Source: the human T2T-CHM13v2.0 reference genome, Homo sapiens. From it: a DNA stretch of 64,000 nt. The stretch lies in assembly GCF_009914755.1 (NCBI RefSeq), contig NC_060925.1, one strand, 5' to 3'. This document shows positions 1 to 29,198 of the stretch, in pieces; position 1 is the first letter of the stretch; every line of letters starts with the position of its first letter. A program made the position numbers and the translations under genes. The notes beneath the pieces were generated by a model that was not told where the DNA came from, did no database searches, and saw only the letters and a list, made by a program, of their open reading frames with translations.

Positions 1-544
1 TATATGTTTGGGTCTGTTTCTGTTTTGTATATTCTTTTTCTGTCGTGTTTCTCTCTTTATGTTGTTTTATTCTTTTGTTTTTCTGTCCTTACTCTAATGC
101 CAGGCTGTCTTAAAAACTGTATCTCATAATGAGACTTAATATGTGGTAGAGGTAGTTCACCCACCTTGTTCTTTAAAATTGTTCTGGTTATTCTTGGATC
201 CTTGTTGTTCTATTTGAATTATATAATCAGAGCATCAAATCACACCCACAAATACTCTGCTGGCATTTTGATTGGAATAGAATTGAATTTCTAGATCAAT
301 TTTGGGGGAGTTAACATTGTTATGCTATTGAATCCTTCCAGGAATATGATATAGCACTCCATTTATTGATATTTCCTAATTTTTTTCAGTAACATTTCAG
401 GATTTTCTCCTGTACATATTGTACATTTTTTGTTAGATTGATTCTGAAAATCTTATATTTTGTTGCTACTGTAGATGGTATTTTTTTTCCTTTTCTTTTC
501 CCTGAGCCTCAGTCGTGAACAGGTATATTTTTAAAGAAAGATTA

Positions 545-850
<306 letters not shown>

Positions 851-1674
851 TTATGTTGCTAGTAAGTAATAACAAAATTGATTTTGAATATTGACCTTTT
901 ATACAGCCACCTTGTTTTACTCTTATTAATTCCAATCACTCTTTGTATATTTTCCTGGGTTTTCTCTTCCTCAACTTACAATAATGAAAATAATAATAAA
1001 AGCTACCATGAATGTTCTTTCCCAGCCTCTGGATGAAATCTCAAAGAGTTCCATTGATGATCCCGTTCCTTTAAATAACAAGAACAGTCTTGACTTTAGT
1101 AAAATGCCTATTTAGTTCAGTGCAATAATAAAAACTCCCAACTTCATTCAAAACTAAACCCTCTCTTCTTCCCCACTAGCTTGACACTCCCTCATGCTCG
1201 GATACTGAATTAGGGAGGGATGCATAAATGGCTTTTCTTTTCCCCCATCATCTTCTTTTCCTCCTCCGCTATTCAAGACCAGAATCAGGGACCTGCAGAG
1301 CATAGATATTATTAGACATTATTATTGCCTGTTGTCATTTAGAATTTGACATTTTGAATTGCTAATGATCCATCTGTGTTGGCTAAAAAAAATCTTATAA
1401 GAAATTAAACCTTTCAGGAATACATAAAGACCTGTCATTTGAAATATTAGTAATGGTGCAACAAATTTATCAAGTAAAAATCTTAAAGGTTAAAGGGTAT
1501 TTTCCTAGAATCTAGCAGCAGTAACAGCATAGCAATCTGGGTTTCTTACAAGTCTCCTTTGTATAAGTAATACTTCCATGAACATATTAATAACTATAGA
1601 AAGAGAAATATATATATATACACACACACAAGTTTCAATAAAAGACAGCATAATGTTCTTGTGTGTATTCTTAG

Positions 1675-2162
<488 letters not shown>

Positions 2163-2336
2163 CAAATATTTATATGATATTTATAAATATTTGATATATT
2201 TATAAATATTTTATGTATAAAATATACATTATATATAAAATATATATTTATTTATATTTATATATTTATAAATATTTGGTATATAAAATATACATTATAT
2301 ATATAAAAATATATATCAAATATATATATATATAAA
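2163..2336. repeat. AT-rich low-complexity, quasi-palindromic repeat
   Basis: Repeated tatttataaatattt and ataaaatatacattatatat units; almost no G or C. Confidence 0.85.
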
Positions 2337-2513
2337 ATGACACTTTTAACCTGTTCACTGTTTCTTAATTTCCTTTCCCATTACCTCTCCAAGCAGCATA
2401 ATCATATTTAAATATAGTCAAAATCTCATGCACTTATCCATATTGTTGTCTAAATCTCTGTTCCATAACCACTACAGTAATTGGTTTTTAAAGCTTTTTT
2501 TCATTTCTTTCAG

Positions 2514-3652
2514 ACTTGAAGAGTAAAATAGAAACCATTGAGTCAACTGCAAAGAGTACCATTTCACAGGAGCGCTTATATCATGGCATTATGATGGAAA
2601 GTTTCATGAGGGATGATATAATTTATTCCACGTTGAGAAAAGTCTCCACATATGATGATGTCTTAGAAAGGCACCAGGAAACTTGTATGAGAGATGTGAG
2701 ACAAGCCATCTTGACCCATAAGAAGAGAGTCCAAGAAACTAACAAATTTGGGGAAAATATCATTGTGCATTCAAATGTTATTATTGAACAGAGGCACCAT
2801 AAATATGATACACCTACAAAGCGGAACACATACAAATTAGATTTGATTAATCATCCAACAAGTTACATAAGAACAAAAACCTATGAATGTAATATATGTG
2901 AAAAAATCTTCAAACAACCTATTCACCTTACTGAACATATGAGAATTCATACTGGTGAGAAACCTTTCAGATGTAAGGAATGTGGAAGGGCCTTTAGTCA
3001 AAGTGCATCCCTCAGTACACACCAGAGAATCCATACTGGTGAGAAACCCTTTGAATGTGAGGAATGTGGGAAAGCCTTCAGACATCGCTCATCACTTAAT
3101 CAGCATCATAGAACTCACACTGGGGAGAAACCCTATGTATGTGATAAATGTCAGAAAGCTTTCAGCCAGAACATTAGCTTGGTTCAACATTTGAGGACTC
3201 ATTCTGGAGAGAAACCTTTTACTTGCAATGAATGTGGGAAAACCTTTAGACAGATTAGACACCTTAGTGAACATATAAGAATTCATACCGGGGAGAAGCC
3301 CTATGCATGCACTGCATGTTGTAAAACCTTTAGTCATAGAGCGTATCTAACACATCACCAGAGAATCCATACTGGGGAGAGACCCTACAAATGTAAAGAA
3401 TGTGGAAAAGCCTTTAGGCAGAGGATACACCTTAGCAACCATAAAACTGTTCATACAGGAGTGAAAGCATATGAATGCAACCGCTGTGGAAAAGCCTATA
3501 GGCATGATTCATCCTTTAAAAAACATCAGAGACATCACACTGGAGAAAAACCTTACGAATGTAACGAATGTGGAAAAGCCTTCAGCTATAACTCTTCACT
3601 TAGTCGACATCATGAAATACACAGGAGGAACGCCTTCCGAAATAAGGTGTAA
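2514..3652 (+). CDS. ZFP69: Last coding exon of zinc finger protein ZFP69 (ZNF642): spacer plus 9 C2H2 fingers; upstream exons lie outside the window
   Basis: Acceptor tttcatttctttcag|AC at 2513/2514 (phase 1). Nine CX2CX12HX3H fingers with TGEKP-type linkers, ending [12 protein letters not shown]. Position immediately upstream of EXO5 fits ZFP69 rather than ZFP69B (gene order from memory). Confidence 0.9.
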
Positions 3653-3777
3653 AAACAGATATTTGACTTGAGAACAAAAGCCAAGTGTAAATTGGTGATT
3701 TAGAGTGCTTTAAAATTTCAGGACTCAGATATGAGGAATTGATGTAATGATGCCAACTTTTAATTTTTCCCATTGTA

Positions 3778-3920
3778 AATAAACATTACATTGACAGGTA
3801 TTGACTACTAACACCTCTAAAAAGTACTTAAGATTAAAATCTGGTCCTTAAAATTAAATGAATTCAGCATTATGAAAAATTCATAACAGTTTTTTTCTGA
3901 TTTCATGGTGGATTAATAAA
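3778..3920 (+). terminator. Candidate ZFP69 polyadenylation signals
   Basis: AATAAA at 3778-3783, ATTAAA at 3833-3838 and AATAAA at 3915-3920, downstream of the stop codon. Confidence 0.6.
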
Positions 3921-4019
3921 TTATTCTTCATGGGTATTCATGATTTGCAGACCAGCATTTGGGAACTATAGCTTAAAATATCACCAACCGTATTTTTTAA
4001 ATTAAAATTTTATTTTTTT

Positions 4020-10386
<6,367 letters not shown>

Positions 10387-11394
10387 CAACTTCTTTATTT
10401 AGTTAGCTCCTACTCATCCTCCCAGATTTAGTTTGCATCATACAAGGAAATGACATGTGATACACCTCACAAAATTTATACCTTTCTTGGATGAGCCCTT
10501 GAATTCTTGGCTGGATTGACTAAATAAAGAGATAAGCCTTATCCTATAGGATTTGAGACCAGAAAGTGACAACGTGGGGTTTAAATTTTATAAAATTACT
10601 GTGAAATCAGTTTGGGAGAACCACGTCTCAACATGAGGCAATAGCCCAGTGCAATAACTTACCACTTCAATTTGCTTTACATTGTTACTTGCTCCACGTC
10701 CCTCTTTTCTTTTCTTATCCTTGCTACCACGTGCTTAACACCTTCCAAATTAAAAAAAAAAAAAAAAAAAAAGGACTCTAATCCTTGCCTCAGGCTCTGT
10801 TTTCTAGAAGACTCTGGCTAAGACAGGCATAGAGTTTAACCCCAGTTTACCAATCAGGAACAATTTCTGAACTTATGTTTCAGCTATTAGGGAAACAGAC
10901 TTCCTTTTTTCCCACAATGGACACAAATCTGAAAGGCTTTCATGGTCCTGGAAGCTACTAGCAGTGGAAGAGGAGGGAGGCTGCCGGATATGGAGCAAAC
11001 ACAGGAGAAACAGATCCAAGAAATGGAAAGAGAAAACCCCTTGACTCAAGGGTTCATAATGTACCATATCCGAAGCTGCCTTCTTTTAGCAGAAGCATGC
11101 CCCAGTCGTTCATCCTTAGCTCATTCTCACCCCCCACAACTTCCTGGCCTAGGGCTACCTCCTCCTGCTTTCTCCGACTAAAAATGCCCCTTTCAATTGC
11201 CAGAAATTGGAGTTTGACTCAAGAGAGAGGCTGATTCTCATATAAGGAATAGAAGATTCTCAAATACTGAATATTGTCAATGGAGTTCTCTTGAGCATGT
11301 AAAGAGTATGCCGATTATTGCCCCTATACCTGTGAGGAACACAATTTGAGCAAGATAAATTCTCTTCCTTTAAGGCTCTGATACTCCAGAGCAG

Positions 11395-12377
11395 CACTGT
11401 ACAACAGAAATATAATGTAAGCCACAACACAAATGCAAACATATGTAATTTTAAATTTTCTAGCAGCTACATTAATACAACAAAAAACAGCAAGTAAAAT
11501 TAATTTTTTTTTAAAGACAGAGTCACTCTGTTGCCCAGGCTGGAGTGCAGTAGTGCAGTCTTGGTTCACTGCAACCTCTGCCTCCTGGGTTCAAGAGATT
11601 CTCATGCCTCAGCCTCCTGAGTAGCTGGGACTACAGGCACATACCACTATGCCTGGCTAATTTCTGTATTTGTAGTAGAGATGGGGTTTTGCCATGTTGG
11701 CCAGGCTGGTCTTGAAATCCTGACCTCAGGTGATTCACCCACCTTGGCCTCCCATAGTGCTGGAATTACAGGCATGAGCCACCACACCCAGCTTAATTTT
11801 AAGATGTTTTATTTAACTCAGTTTTATTAGTCTGTTCTCATGCTGCTAATAAAGACATACCCAAGACTGGGTAATTTATAAAGGAAAGAGGTTTAATGGC
11901 CTCACCATTGCACATGGCTGGAGAGGCCTCACAATCATGGCGGGAGGCGAAGGAAGAGCAGGCATGTCTTACATGGCAGCAGGCAAGAAGCTTGTGTAGG
12001 GGAACTCCCCTTTATAAAACCATCAGATATTGTGAGACTTATTCACTATCACGGGAACAGCACAGGAAAAACTCGTCCCCATGATTCAATTGCCTACCAC
12101 TGGGTCCCTCCCATGACACATGGGGATTATTAAAATTCAAGGTGAGATTTGGGTGGAAAACACAGAGCCAAACCATATCACCAATATATCCAAAACATTA
12201 TCATCTCAACATTTAATCAATGTAAACATTATTAGTGAGTTATTTAACCTTTTTTTTGTACTCAGCTTCAAAGTGCTTGTAAATGTTATAATTATAGCAC
12301 ATTTCATTTTGGACTAGCCACATTTCAAGTGTTCAAGAGCCACATATGACTAGTGGCTACTGTATTGGACAGTGCAG
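11395..12377. mobile_element. MER33-like hAT MITE, interrupted by an Alu (about 11503-11793, -) and a THE1 LTR
   Basis: Ends cactgtacaacagaaatataatg... and ...gtggctactgtattggacagtgcag resemble MER3/MER33 termini; internal sequence resumes after each insertion. Confidence 0.7.
11823..12180 (-). mobile_element. THE1/MST-type MaLR solo LTR
   Basis: tattagtctgttctcatgctgctaataaagacatacc...gccaaaccatatca is the reverse complement of the THE1-type LTR (TGATATGG...AATACA). Confidence 0.85.
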
Positions 12378-12952
12378 CTCTGGGAGTAATCACATAAAGA
12401 CTTACTCCGATATATGGTAGACTGTAGTCAGTACAATGTTAGGGGTACAGTCCTGTGCTCCAAAACACCAAGGAGGGAAGAATGGACACAGAGGAAAATG
12501 GGCCATTTGTGTCTAACAGTATTTTGATGGTTACAGACCTGGAGATGGAAGAACCAAATCAGTGACTTTTGCATACAGGTGGGCCTTAAGGACTCAGACT
12601 TCCTAGGATAGCCTTTTGGGGAAAAGGGCATTCTTTTCTCAGTTTTGAGACCCACAGTCTTTAGGCTGAAAGTTTTGGGGAATATATGGTACTATGTTTT
12701 TGATATTTATTTTCCCCACAAATTCCATGACTGTTTCTAAATCTCTTCTGCTTCACTCTACCCAGTGTCATTGCCCCTCAAACCCCATTTGAGGAGTGGT
12801 CCATGTGTGAAGGGGCTGGGGAGGGGTTTTCCTGGCATTCAGTTTACATCTCAAGTAAGAAAGGTTATGTTGGGGAAGAGGCAGAAAGTTTTTGTAGCCT
12901 CAATCCAGAAATGCCTTCTCATATCTCAATGGATTAAAAAGCATTTCCTCAA

Positions 12953-15126
<2,174 letters not shown>

Positions 15127-15559
15127 TTCATATTGTCATAGAACCTTCACTGAATAGACCATCTTTTCTCCATGGCTGTATGATGCCACCTTTGTCATAA
15201 ATCCAGTTTTCAAGTATGCGTGATAAACCGTAAAGAAAAGCAAAGAGTCAAGTATCTGCTTTTGGTAAAATAAATAAATAAATAAATATAAATAAGAAAA
15301 GCAAAGTGTTATAAAAGTCGGGCTAGTGGTTTTCTCAGGAAGTGTATCTGTGAAGAACCTGACACTATTCTTTTTTCGCTCTAATGACTTGGCTGTTCAT
15401 AATTATACTTATCTTTGGTTTATATTTCAGAATAAAATTGTGTTATATTTATCAATAAAAGGTTAGTTAAAAGTAAGCAAACAGAAAAAAAAAAGAAATA
15501 TTGATGAGGGGAGCGCCAGCATCTCTCAAAAGTGAGTTCGTGGTTTTGCTCTCAATGGA

Positions 15560-16480
15560 AAAGCCGGCGGGAGGTGCTAAGGTGGGGATGCTGAATCCAC
15601 GGATGGCCAAGCGGAGACGCGGCACTTCACCGGGGGCAGCGAGGGGCCCAGACCTTGCTCGGACTGTCCCGGTGGTAACTGGGAGACCTCGCCAGTGAGG
15701 GAAGTTACAGATCAGCTGCGCCCGGAATTAAACGACCCACAGACAACGGCGCAAACAGAGGGACTGACCTGCTTTAGTGAGCTCCCAAAACCTGCTCTCG
15801 CATAAGCAGCACCCTCCTCCGCTCACAGAGACGGATTTCTGCCCCAGCCGCAGCCTCGCGAGGTAGGCGGCGCCGCGAGGGCCTCTGGGAAGGCGGTCCG
15901 TGGGCAGCCGCGGGGCACTCTGGGACTGGGCTCTGGGCGGCTTTTTTGCGAGTGGCGGGCCGACTGTGTAGTCCGCTCCGGCAGCGCGCTCTGCCCGGCT
16001 TCCTCAGTCTCCTCGCCGGGAGCGTCCGGGAGCAGCTCCGAGGCCGCGGCGAAACCAGGTGGAGTCCGAGGTTCGGAGGAGTATCAGAGGTTAGGGGAAG
16101 GCCGGAGAATGGGCTGGGAGGCTGCGTTTCGGAGCTTAGGGTTCTGTCCCTGCGATCGCCGCGTCTCCCTCCCTTGGTGGGCGCGGCTCCCGGGAAGCGG
16201 CTCGTCTCGTCTCCCCTCACAGGCCGGGTTCCCGTTCTGGACCTTCGCCCTCGGAACACAGTGCTGTTGGCCGGGACTCCTTCCCGAGGTGGACGGCTCC
16301 CTGTTCTCATTCCTGGCTCTGCCAGAACTGTAGGAAGTGCTCAGTACACTTTAGGGCATGCATGGCACTCCCTGGGAGACAGTGCTTTAGGGCCAGAGGA
16401 AAGATCTTCCCTGAAGGCAAACGCCCGCGGAGCCCACAAGTCCGGGCCGCACTGAACAAGTCAGGATGTTGCCATCGGCA
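15560..16480. promoter_or_regulatory. CpG island / probable bidirectional promoter of EXO5
   Basis: High CpG and GC content. Palindrome CCTCGCGAGG at 15854-15863 (TCGCGA core, BANP-type). ZNF143/SBS-like motifs on the - strand: TTCCCAGAGGC at 15881-15891 and GTCCCAGAGTGCC at 15914-15926. Confidence 0.8.
15970..16058 (+). other. EXO5: Probable EXO5 non-coding exon 1 (start approximate)
   Basis: Lies inside the CpG island just downstream of the motif cluster; weak donor CAG|GTGGAG at 16058/16059. Confidence 0.45.
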
Positions 16481-16631
16481 ATTCTGCAGAAGGCAGTAAC
16501 CCATCTGAGAGAAAGAGCCGCTGTCATAAGGTCTCTTGCTTGAGCTGCTGGGTTGAGAATGGAGCTGGAAGAGGGAACTGATCTCGGAGCTCCTTGGGGA
16601 TCTTGGTTATGTTTGACCCTTTTACTTTCAG

Positions 16632-16806
16632 GGAGCAGGGATTGGATCAAGTCATTGCATCTAGAGTACGGGGGAACGAAGAAATCATGGAGAGAGTTTG
16701 CCCCAGGAGAGAGGCGAGCGTTATGTAACCTAGGATCTGGGGTGGGTAACAGTCTGTGCAGTGTCAATCTGAGAGGAGAAAACACCCAACGTGAGGGAAT
16801 GGTCAG
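16632..16806 (+). other. EXO5: Probable EXO5 5'UTR exon
   Basis: Acceptor gacccttttactttcag|G at 16631/16632; strong donor CAG|GTAAGA at 16806/16807. Confidence 0.6.
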
Positions 16807-16913
16807 GTAAGAAAGGACCAGAAGTTCCGGTTCTACCATAGCAAGGACCTAAGTTGCTAATTTAGGTTCTTTAATGCAGACCTGGTCTTTCAGAACTTCT
16901 TTCTCTTCCCTAG

Positions 16914-16971
16914 CCTTGTCATTTCAGCATTCTGGCCTTCCCTATGAGGAGGAAGATCAACGAAGTCACAG
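16914..16971 (+). other. EXO5: Probable EXO5 5'UTR exon (58 nt)
   Basis: Acceptor cttctttctcttccctag|C at 16913/16914; donor CAG|GTGAAT at 16971/16972. Confidence 0.6.
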
Positions 16972-17831
16972 GTGAATAGGAGTTTCTCTTCTAAAGTTTC
17001 ATCTCCTTTGTCAGGGGGAATCGATACACTCTCTCATCTCTTCCTTGGGGAAAAAGAAGGAGATCTATCTTCATCGAGTGCTAATATGCGTACTATATGT
17101 TATCACTCAATGGTCGGATATCTCAGTAGGGTTAGTAGGTATTTTAAAAATGTGTCAGTAACTTCAGGAAAACTAGAACCTTGTCCAAGCTTACTCAAAA
17201 GGCAAGTAGCATACTACTAAATGCTACCGAACTACTCAGGATTAGGTTTAGAATCCATATCTGTAGGACTCCCAGACTCTTGGCATTATGCTGTTTCCCA
17301 GCATCCCGTTCACTTACTACCTAACAATTTTGCCATACCTGTGTACTACCTGTATTATTCTATGTTTTTACTTACTTTTTTTTTTATAAAAATCAAACTT
17401 GTCCTAAGAAACAATATCTGTGAAATTAGCCATTTGATGGCTGCTCCAATAACAGTATAGTTATTCTAAGGTGTATCTAAAAATGTTGGTCCATGTGCTA
17501 TGTAAAATCGTCTCGTGTCAGACATACAAACTACAATTTGGGACACAATGCACTGCATTATGCTCTCTTCTGGATTCTTTTCTGCGTAGGAAAGTCCCAG
17601 ACACATCTGAGCATCAGTCATCCATCCCTAGTGTACTGTTTTATTCTTATAGATGAATACTTTCACAGAGAATGCCCTGCTTTGTATCTTCTCCAAAAGA
17701 CATTTCACTTCCCTGTTTAGAACTACCTGTTCTCAATGTTGTATGTAAAACAAGTAGGAACTCCACACATTTCAGGAGCTTCCTCTCTCTTTGGGGAGTT
17801 AATGTGTACACAGGAAATAGTCTAACTCTAT

Positions 17832-18027
17832 GCTGTTCAGTAGAGCTTTCTGTGATCAGGGAATGTTCTGTATCTGTGCCTTATCTGTATCCACCAGCCA
17901 GATGTAGCTACTGAGCACTTAATATATGGCTAGTGCAACTGAGATGTGAATTTTATTTTATTTTAATTAAATTTAAGTAGCCACATATGGCTAGTGGCTA
18001 CTAATGGCTACCATATTGGACAGCCAG
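17832..18027. mobile_element. MER3-like hAT MITE
   Basis: ctgttcagtagagctttctgtgat...gctaccatattggacagc resembles MER3 with terminal inverted repeats. Confidence 0.7.
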
Positions 18028-18133
18028 GTCTAGATATTTGAAATAAAATATTTTAAGGTTATTGATTTGGACTTGGAGTTCCCCCTCACCCTCACAAATA
18101 CCTCATAGCATATGTGTTATAAATGCCCTTTAG

Positions 18134-21540
<3,407 letters not shown>

Positions 21541-21724
21541 TCAAGGCATTACTAATTGGTCATAAATAAACTGGCTTTTTAAAAGAATGTAAATAAATAA
21601 TTTGTCATAATTTTGTTTTTATCTCACTGAAATTTGAAAGTGCTTTTGAGAACGTTTTTATTTGAACAATGCATTTCTTTAACATGTTATGCAGGGCCCT
21701 TCTAGCCCAATCCAGAGCTGTACC

Positions 21725-22846
21725 ATGGCAGAGACAAGAGAAGAGGAGACAGTGTCAGCAGAAGCCTCAGGGTTCTCAGACTTGAGTGACTCAGAGTTCC
21801 TGGAGTTTCTGGACCTAGAAGATGCCCAAGAGTCAAAGGCTTTAGTTAACATGCCTGGCCCATCTTCTGAATCCCTTGGGAAGGATGACAAACCCATAAG
21901 CTTACAAAACTGGAAAAGAGGATTGGATATATTATCACCCATGGAGAGATTCCACCTTAAATATTTATATGTCACTGACCTGGCTACTCAGAACTGGTGT
22001 GAACTGCAAACAGCATATGGGAAGGAGCTTCCTGGTTTCTTGGCACCTGAGAAGGCAGCTGTGTTGAACACTGGTGCCAGCATACACCTAGCTAGAGAAC
22101 TAGAACTTCATGATCTTGTGACTGTCCCAGTCACCACTAAAGAAGATGCTTGGGCAATTAAGTTTCTGAACATACTTTTGCTGATTCCTACCCTGCAGTC
22201 AGAAGGGCACATCAGAGAGTTTCCAGTGTTTGGGGAAGTGGAGGGTGTACTTCTTGTTGGAGTGATTGATGAGCTGCACTATACAGCCAAGGGGGAACTG
22301 GAGCTGGCGGAACTCAAGACACGCAGGCGCCCTATGCTCCCTCTGGAAGCTCAGAAGAAGAAAGACTGTTTTCAAGTCAGCCTATACAAATATATCTTTG
22401 ATGCCATGGTACAAGGAAAAGTGACCCCTGCTAGCCTAATCCACCACACAAAGTTGTGTCTAGAAAAGCCACTGGGGCCATCAGTGCTGAGGCATGCCCA
22501 GCAGGGAGGCTTCTCTGTGAAGTCTTTGGGTGACCTCATGGAACTTGTCTTCTTGTCTCTAACACTGTCAGACCTCCCAGTTATTGATATCTTGAAGATT
22601 GAGTATATCCACCAAGAGACTGCCACTGTGCTGGGTACTGAGATTGTAGCCTTCAAAGAGAAGGAGGTGAGAGCCAAGGTGCAGCATTATATGGCCTACT
22701 GGATGGGCCACCGAGAGCCCCAGGGAGTTGACGTGGAGGAGGCTTGGAAGTGCCGGACGTGTACCTATGCAGACATTTGTGAGTGGAGAAAGGGCAGTGG
22801 AGTGCTCAGCTCTACACTGGCGCCCCAAGTCAAAAAAGCCAAATGA
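21725..22846 (+). CDS. EXO5: Exonuclease V (EXO5/DEM1/C1orf176), 373 aa, 4Fe-4S PD-(D/E)XK ssDNA exonuclease; whole CDS in one exon starting at 21695
   Basis: Acceptor ttatgcag|G at 21694/21695; Kozak ACCATGG at 21725; [10 protein letters not shown]...QVKKAK. Fe-S cysteines C92 and C343/C346/C352 ([10 protein letters not shown]); catalytic GVID(182) and E196-L-K198; QxxxY at 217-221; T88-Q89 motif. Confidence 0.97.
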   Translation: MAETREEETVSAEASGFSDLSDSEFLEFLDLEDAQESKALVNMPGPSSESLGKDDKPISLQNWKRGLDILSPMERFHLKYLYVTDLATQNWCELQTAYGKELPGFLAPEKAAVLNTGASIHLARELELHDLVTVPVTTKEDAWAIKFLNILLLIPTLQSEGHIREFPVFGEVEGVLLVGVIDELHYTAKGELELAELKTRRRPMLPLEAQKKKDCFQVSLYKYIFDAMVQGKVTPASLIHHTKLCLEKPLGPSVLRHAQQGGFSVKSLGDLMELVFLSLTLSDLPVIDILKIEYIHQETATVLGTEIVAFKEKEVRAKVQHYMAYWMGHREPQGVDVEEAWKCRTCTYADICEWRKGSGVLSSTLAPQVKKAK

Positions 22847-23194
22847 ATAGAAGGTATGCTTTCAAGAATGTTGATCCTTCCTGCTCCTGTTGTACCTAAG
22901 CAAAAGAGGACCAGTCTCTGAGCTTGGCTTTTATGGAGAGTGTTCTTATTTTGGTTCTTTTTTTTATTTCCACAACCTCTAACCACATTCAGTCCAGGAC
23001 CAAGGCTCAGGGATGAGTGGGAGAGATGGGTTATACTGTCCCTGGAGCTTCATCATGATTGCCTGAGAAGACAGATGCTCATCATGGCTGGAATGAAGGT
23101 ATCCTTCAGTAAACTTTGCTTTCCTAAGAAAATTCTTCAGTTTCTGATAAGTCATCCCTATTTTTATCTTGATCAAGGCTTTCTACAGTTACAT

Positions 23195-23363
23195 AATAAA
23201 ATGAAATGCTGTCCAGGACAGTTGAACTGATGGTTTTTTCATAACTGCAGTCCTTCAAAGATGACCACCATATATAGTTGTGTACGTGTTATTCCAAGCC
23301 TTTAAATATATACATAAACATATTTTGGAATCAGAATGAGCAGACCAAAACATAAACAATAAA
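23195..23363 (+). terminator. Candidate EXO5 polyadenylation signals
   Basis: AATAAA at 23195-23200 and 23358-23363. Confidence 0.55.
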
Positions 23364-23371
23364 TATTCTCA

Positions 23372-25686
<2,315 letters not shown>

Positions 25687-25809
25687 TTATTGAGAATTCA
25701 GTAATTCCTTGAGATTTCAAATCCTTATTTTAAGTTAACATCTTCTGGTTATAACCTTAGGGTTTCTCATAAGTTGAGACATCTTTACTTGGGACCACCC
25801 CAGGATCAC

Positions 25810-26094
25810 TGCTTATGAATGTTTGTGCCCCCTCAAATTAGTATGTTAAAATCCAAACCCTCAGTATGGTAGTATTAAGAGGTGGGCCTTTGGGAGGTGA
25901 TTAGGTAATGCAGGGACAGCTCCCATGAATGGGATTGGTGCCCTTATAAAAGAGTTCCAAGGGAGCTCTTCAGTCTTTCCATCATGTGAGGACACAGTGA
26001 GAAGGCGCCTCCAAAACTATGAGAAATAAATTTTTGTTGTTTATAAGCCGCTCAGTTTGTGGTATTTTGTTATAGCATCTCGAATGACTAAGAC
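25810..26094 (+). mobile_element. MST/MLT1A-type MaLR LTR, internally deleted
   Basis: tgaatgtttgtgccccctcaaa...ggtattttgttatagca...gactaagaca. Confidence 0.7.
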
Positions 26095-27286
26095 AATCAC
26101 TGATGCTGTTTTCTATAACAAGATACCTTCCTGATTCAGCCTTCGCATGTCTAATAATGTCATCTCTCCCTTATGAATTCTGCCTAACATGTCTAAACTC
26201 CAGATTACAGCCCTGTTGGACGTTTGTTTAGTGAGTGGATAAAAAAAAAGATGTCACAACAAAGCTATTTCTTGATTTTTAAAAAATTGCTTTCTGGGCC
26301 AGCAAATGAGTTGAATACCTTAATTGGGATTAGGATCAATTGTTTATAATAGAAATCACCAAAACAATAGTGGTTAAACAAAACAGAAATGTATTTCTCA
26401 CTTAAAAAGAAGCCTAACTATAGTTAGTTCAGGACTGGTGTGGCACCCGGTGATGTCAAGAGCCCAGATTCCTTCCCTCTTGTTTCTCTGACATAAACAT
26501 GTATCTTCTTCATAGTCCAAAACGGCTGCGCAAAATCCAGTCACCCGTTACACATTCAGCATAAAGTTGGAATAGTAGAAAGGCACCCTTTTACAGACAC
26601 TTTTAAAATGTGTACTACTACTTTCACTTACAGCCCACTGGCCAAAACTTGGCCACCTCGTCATAGCTAGCTGCAAGAAAGGTTGGGATGTGTAGTTTTT
26701 ATTCTCAATAAGCATATGCCCTGACCAAAACTAAATTCTATGACTGCAAAAAAAAAGAGAGAATGGAGAGAGGATTTGGAGAAAATGGCAGCATAGAAAG
26801 CACCAGAAATCTGTCTCCCAGCCTAGACAGCAGCTGCATTGGCAGAATCTATCTGATGCAACTATTTTGGAATCTGGAGTCTGTTGAAATTTTGCAACTT
26901 CCAGGGGAAGATGATAAATTGTAGTTAATTTTGGTCAATTTCAACTCTTAGGACGGTAGTAACTACCAGTTCCTCACCCCTCAGTCCTATGGCGACAGCT
27001 GTGCACATATTTCTGGAGCAGTTTGCACACAGCTTGATTTTTTCCTCCTTCATTTTTCTCTTTTAACCCCTTTTGGGAGCAAGACATTGAAGACTAGGAC
27101 ATTCAAAAGCATCTGCATATATGGGGAAACTATAAAATCACCATGTACGCTGAGGGGAGGTGCAGGATTAGAAAAGGATTGAGTAGAAAAGTTTATATTT
27201 CATGCTGATTCTTGGGACAGACACAGCCTAAACAATGAAAGAAATAGAAACTCTGAGGAATGGGGAAAATCTGATATCCAGAGTTA

Positions 27287-27628
<342 letters not shown>

Positions 27629-27629
27629 C

Positions 27630-29198
<1,569 letters not shown>

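Noticed and set aside
15501-16839. Long Arg/Pro/Gly-rich ORFs on both strands (up to 178 aa)
   Set aside because: Stop-codon depletion in a GC-rich CpG island; no recognisable protein.
21689-21724. 12-aa N-terminal extension of EXO5 in the ORF track (385 aa)
   Set aside because: The ATG at 21689 lies upstream of the acceptor at 21694/21695, so it is intronic; the Kozak ATG at 21725 gives 373 aa.
21725-22846. Cas4-like Fe-S nuclease signature suggesting a CRISPR-type system
   Set aside because: EXO5 shares the RecB/Cas4/AddB-type fold but is a known eukaryotic repair nuclease; there is no repeat-spacer array, and the 35-bp repeat at 61 kb has no spacers.
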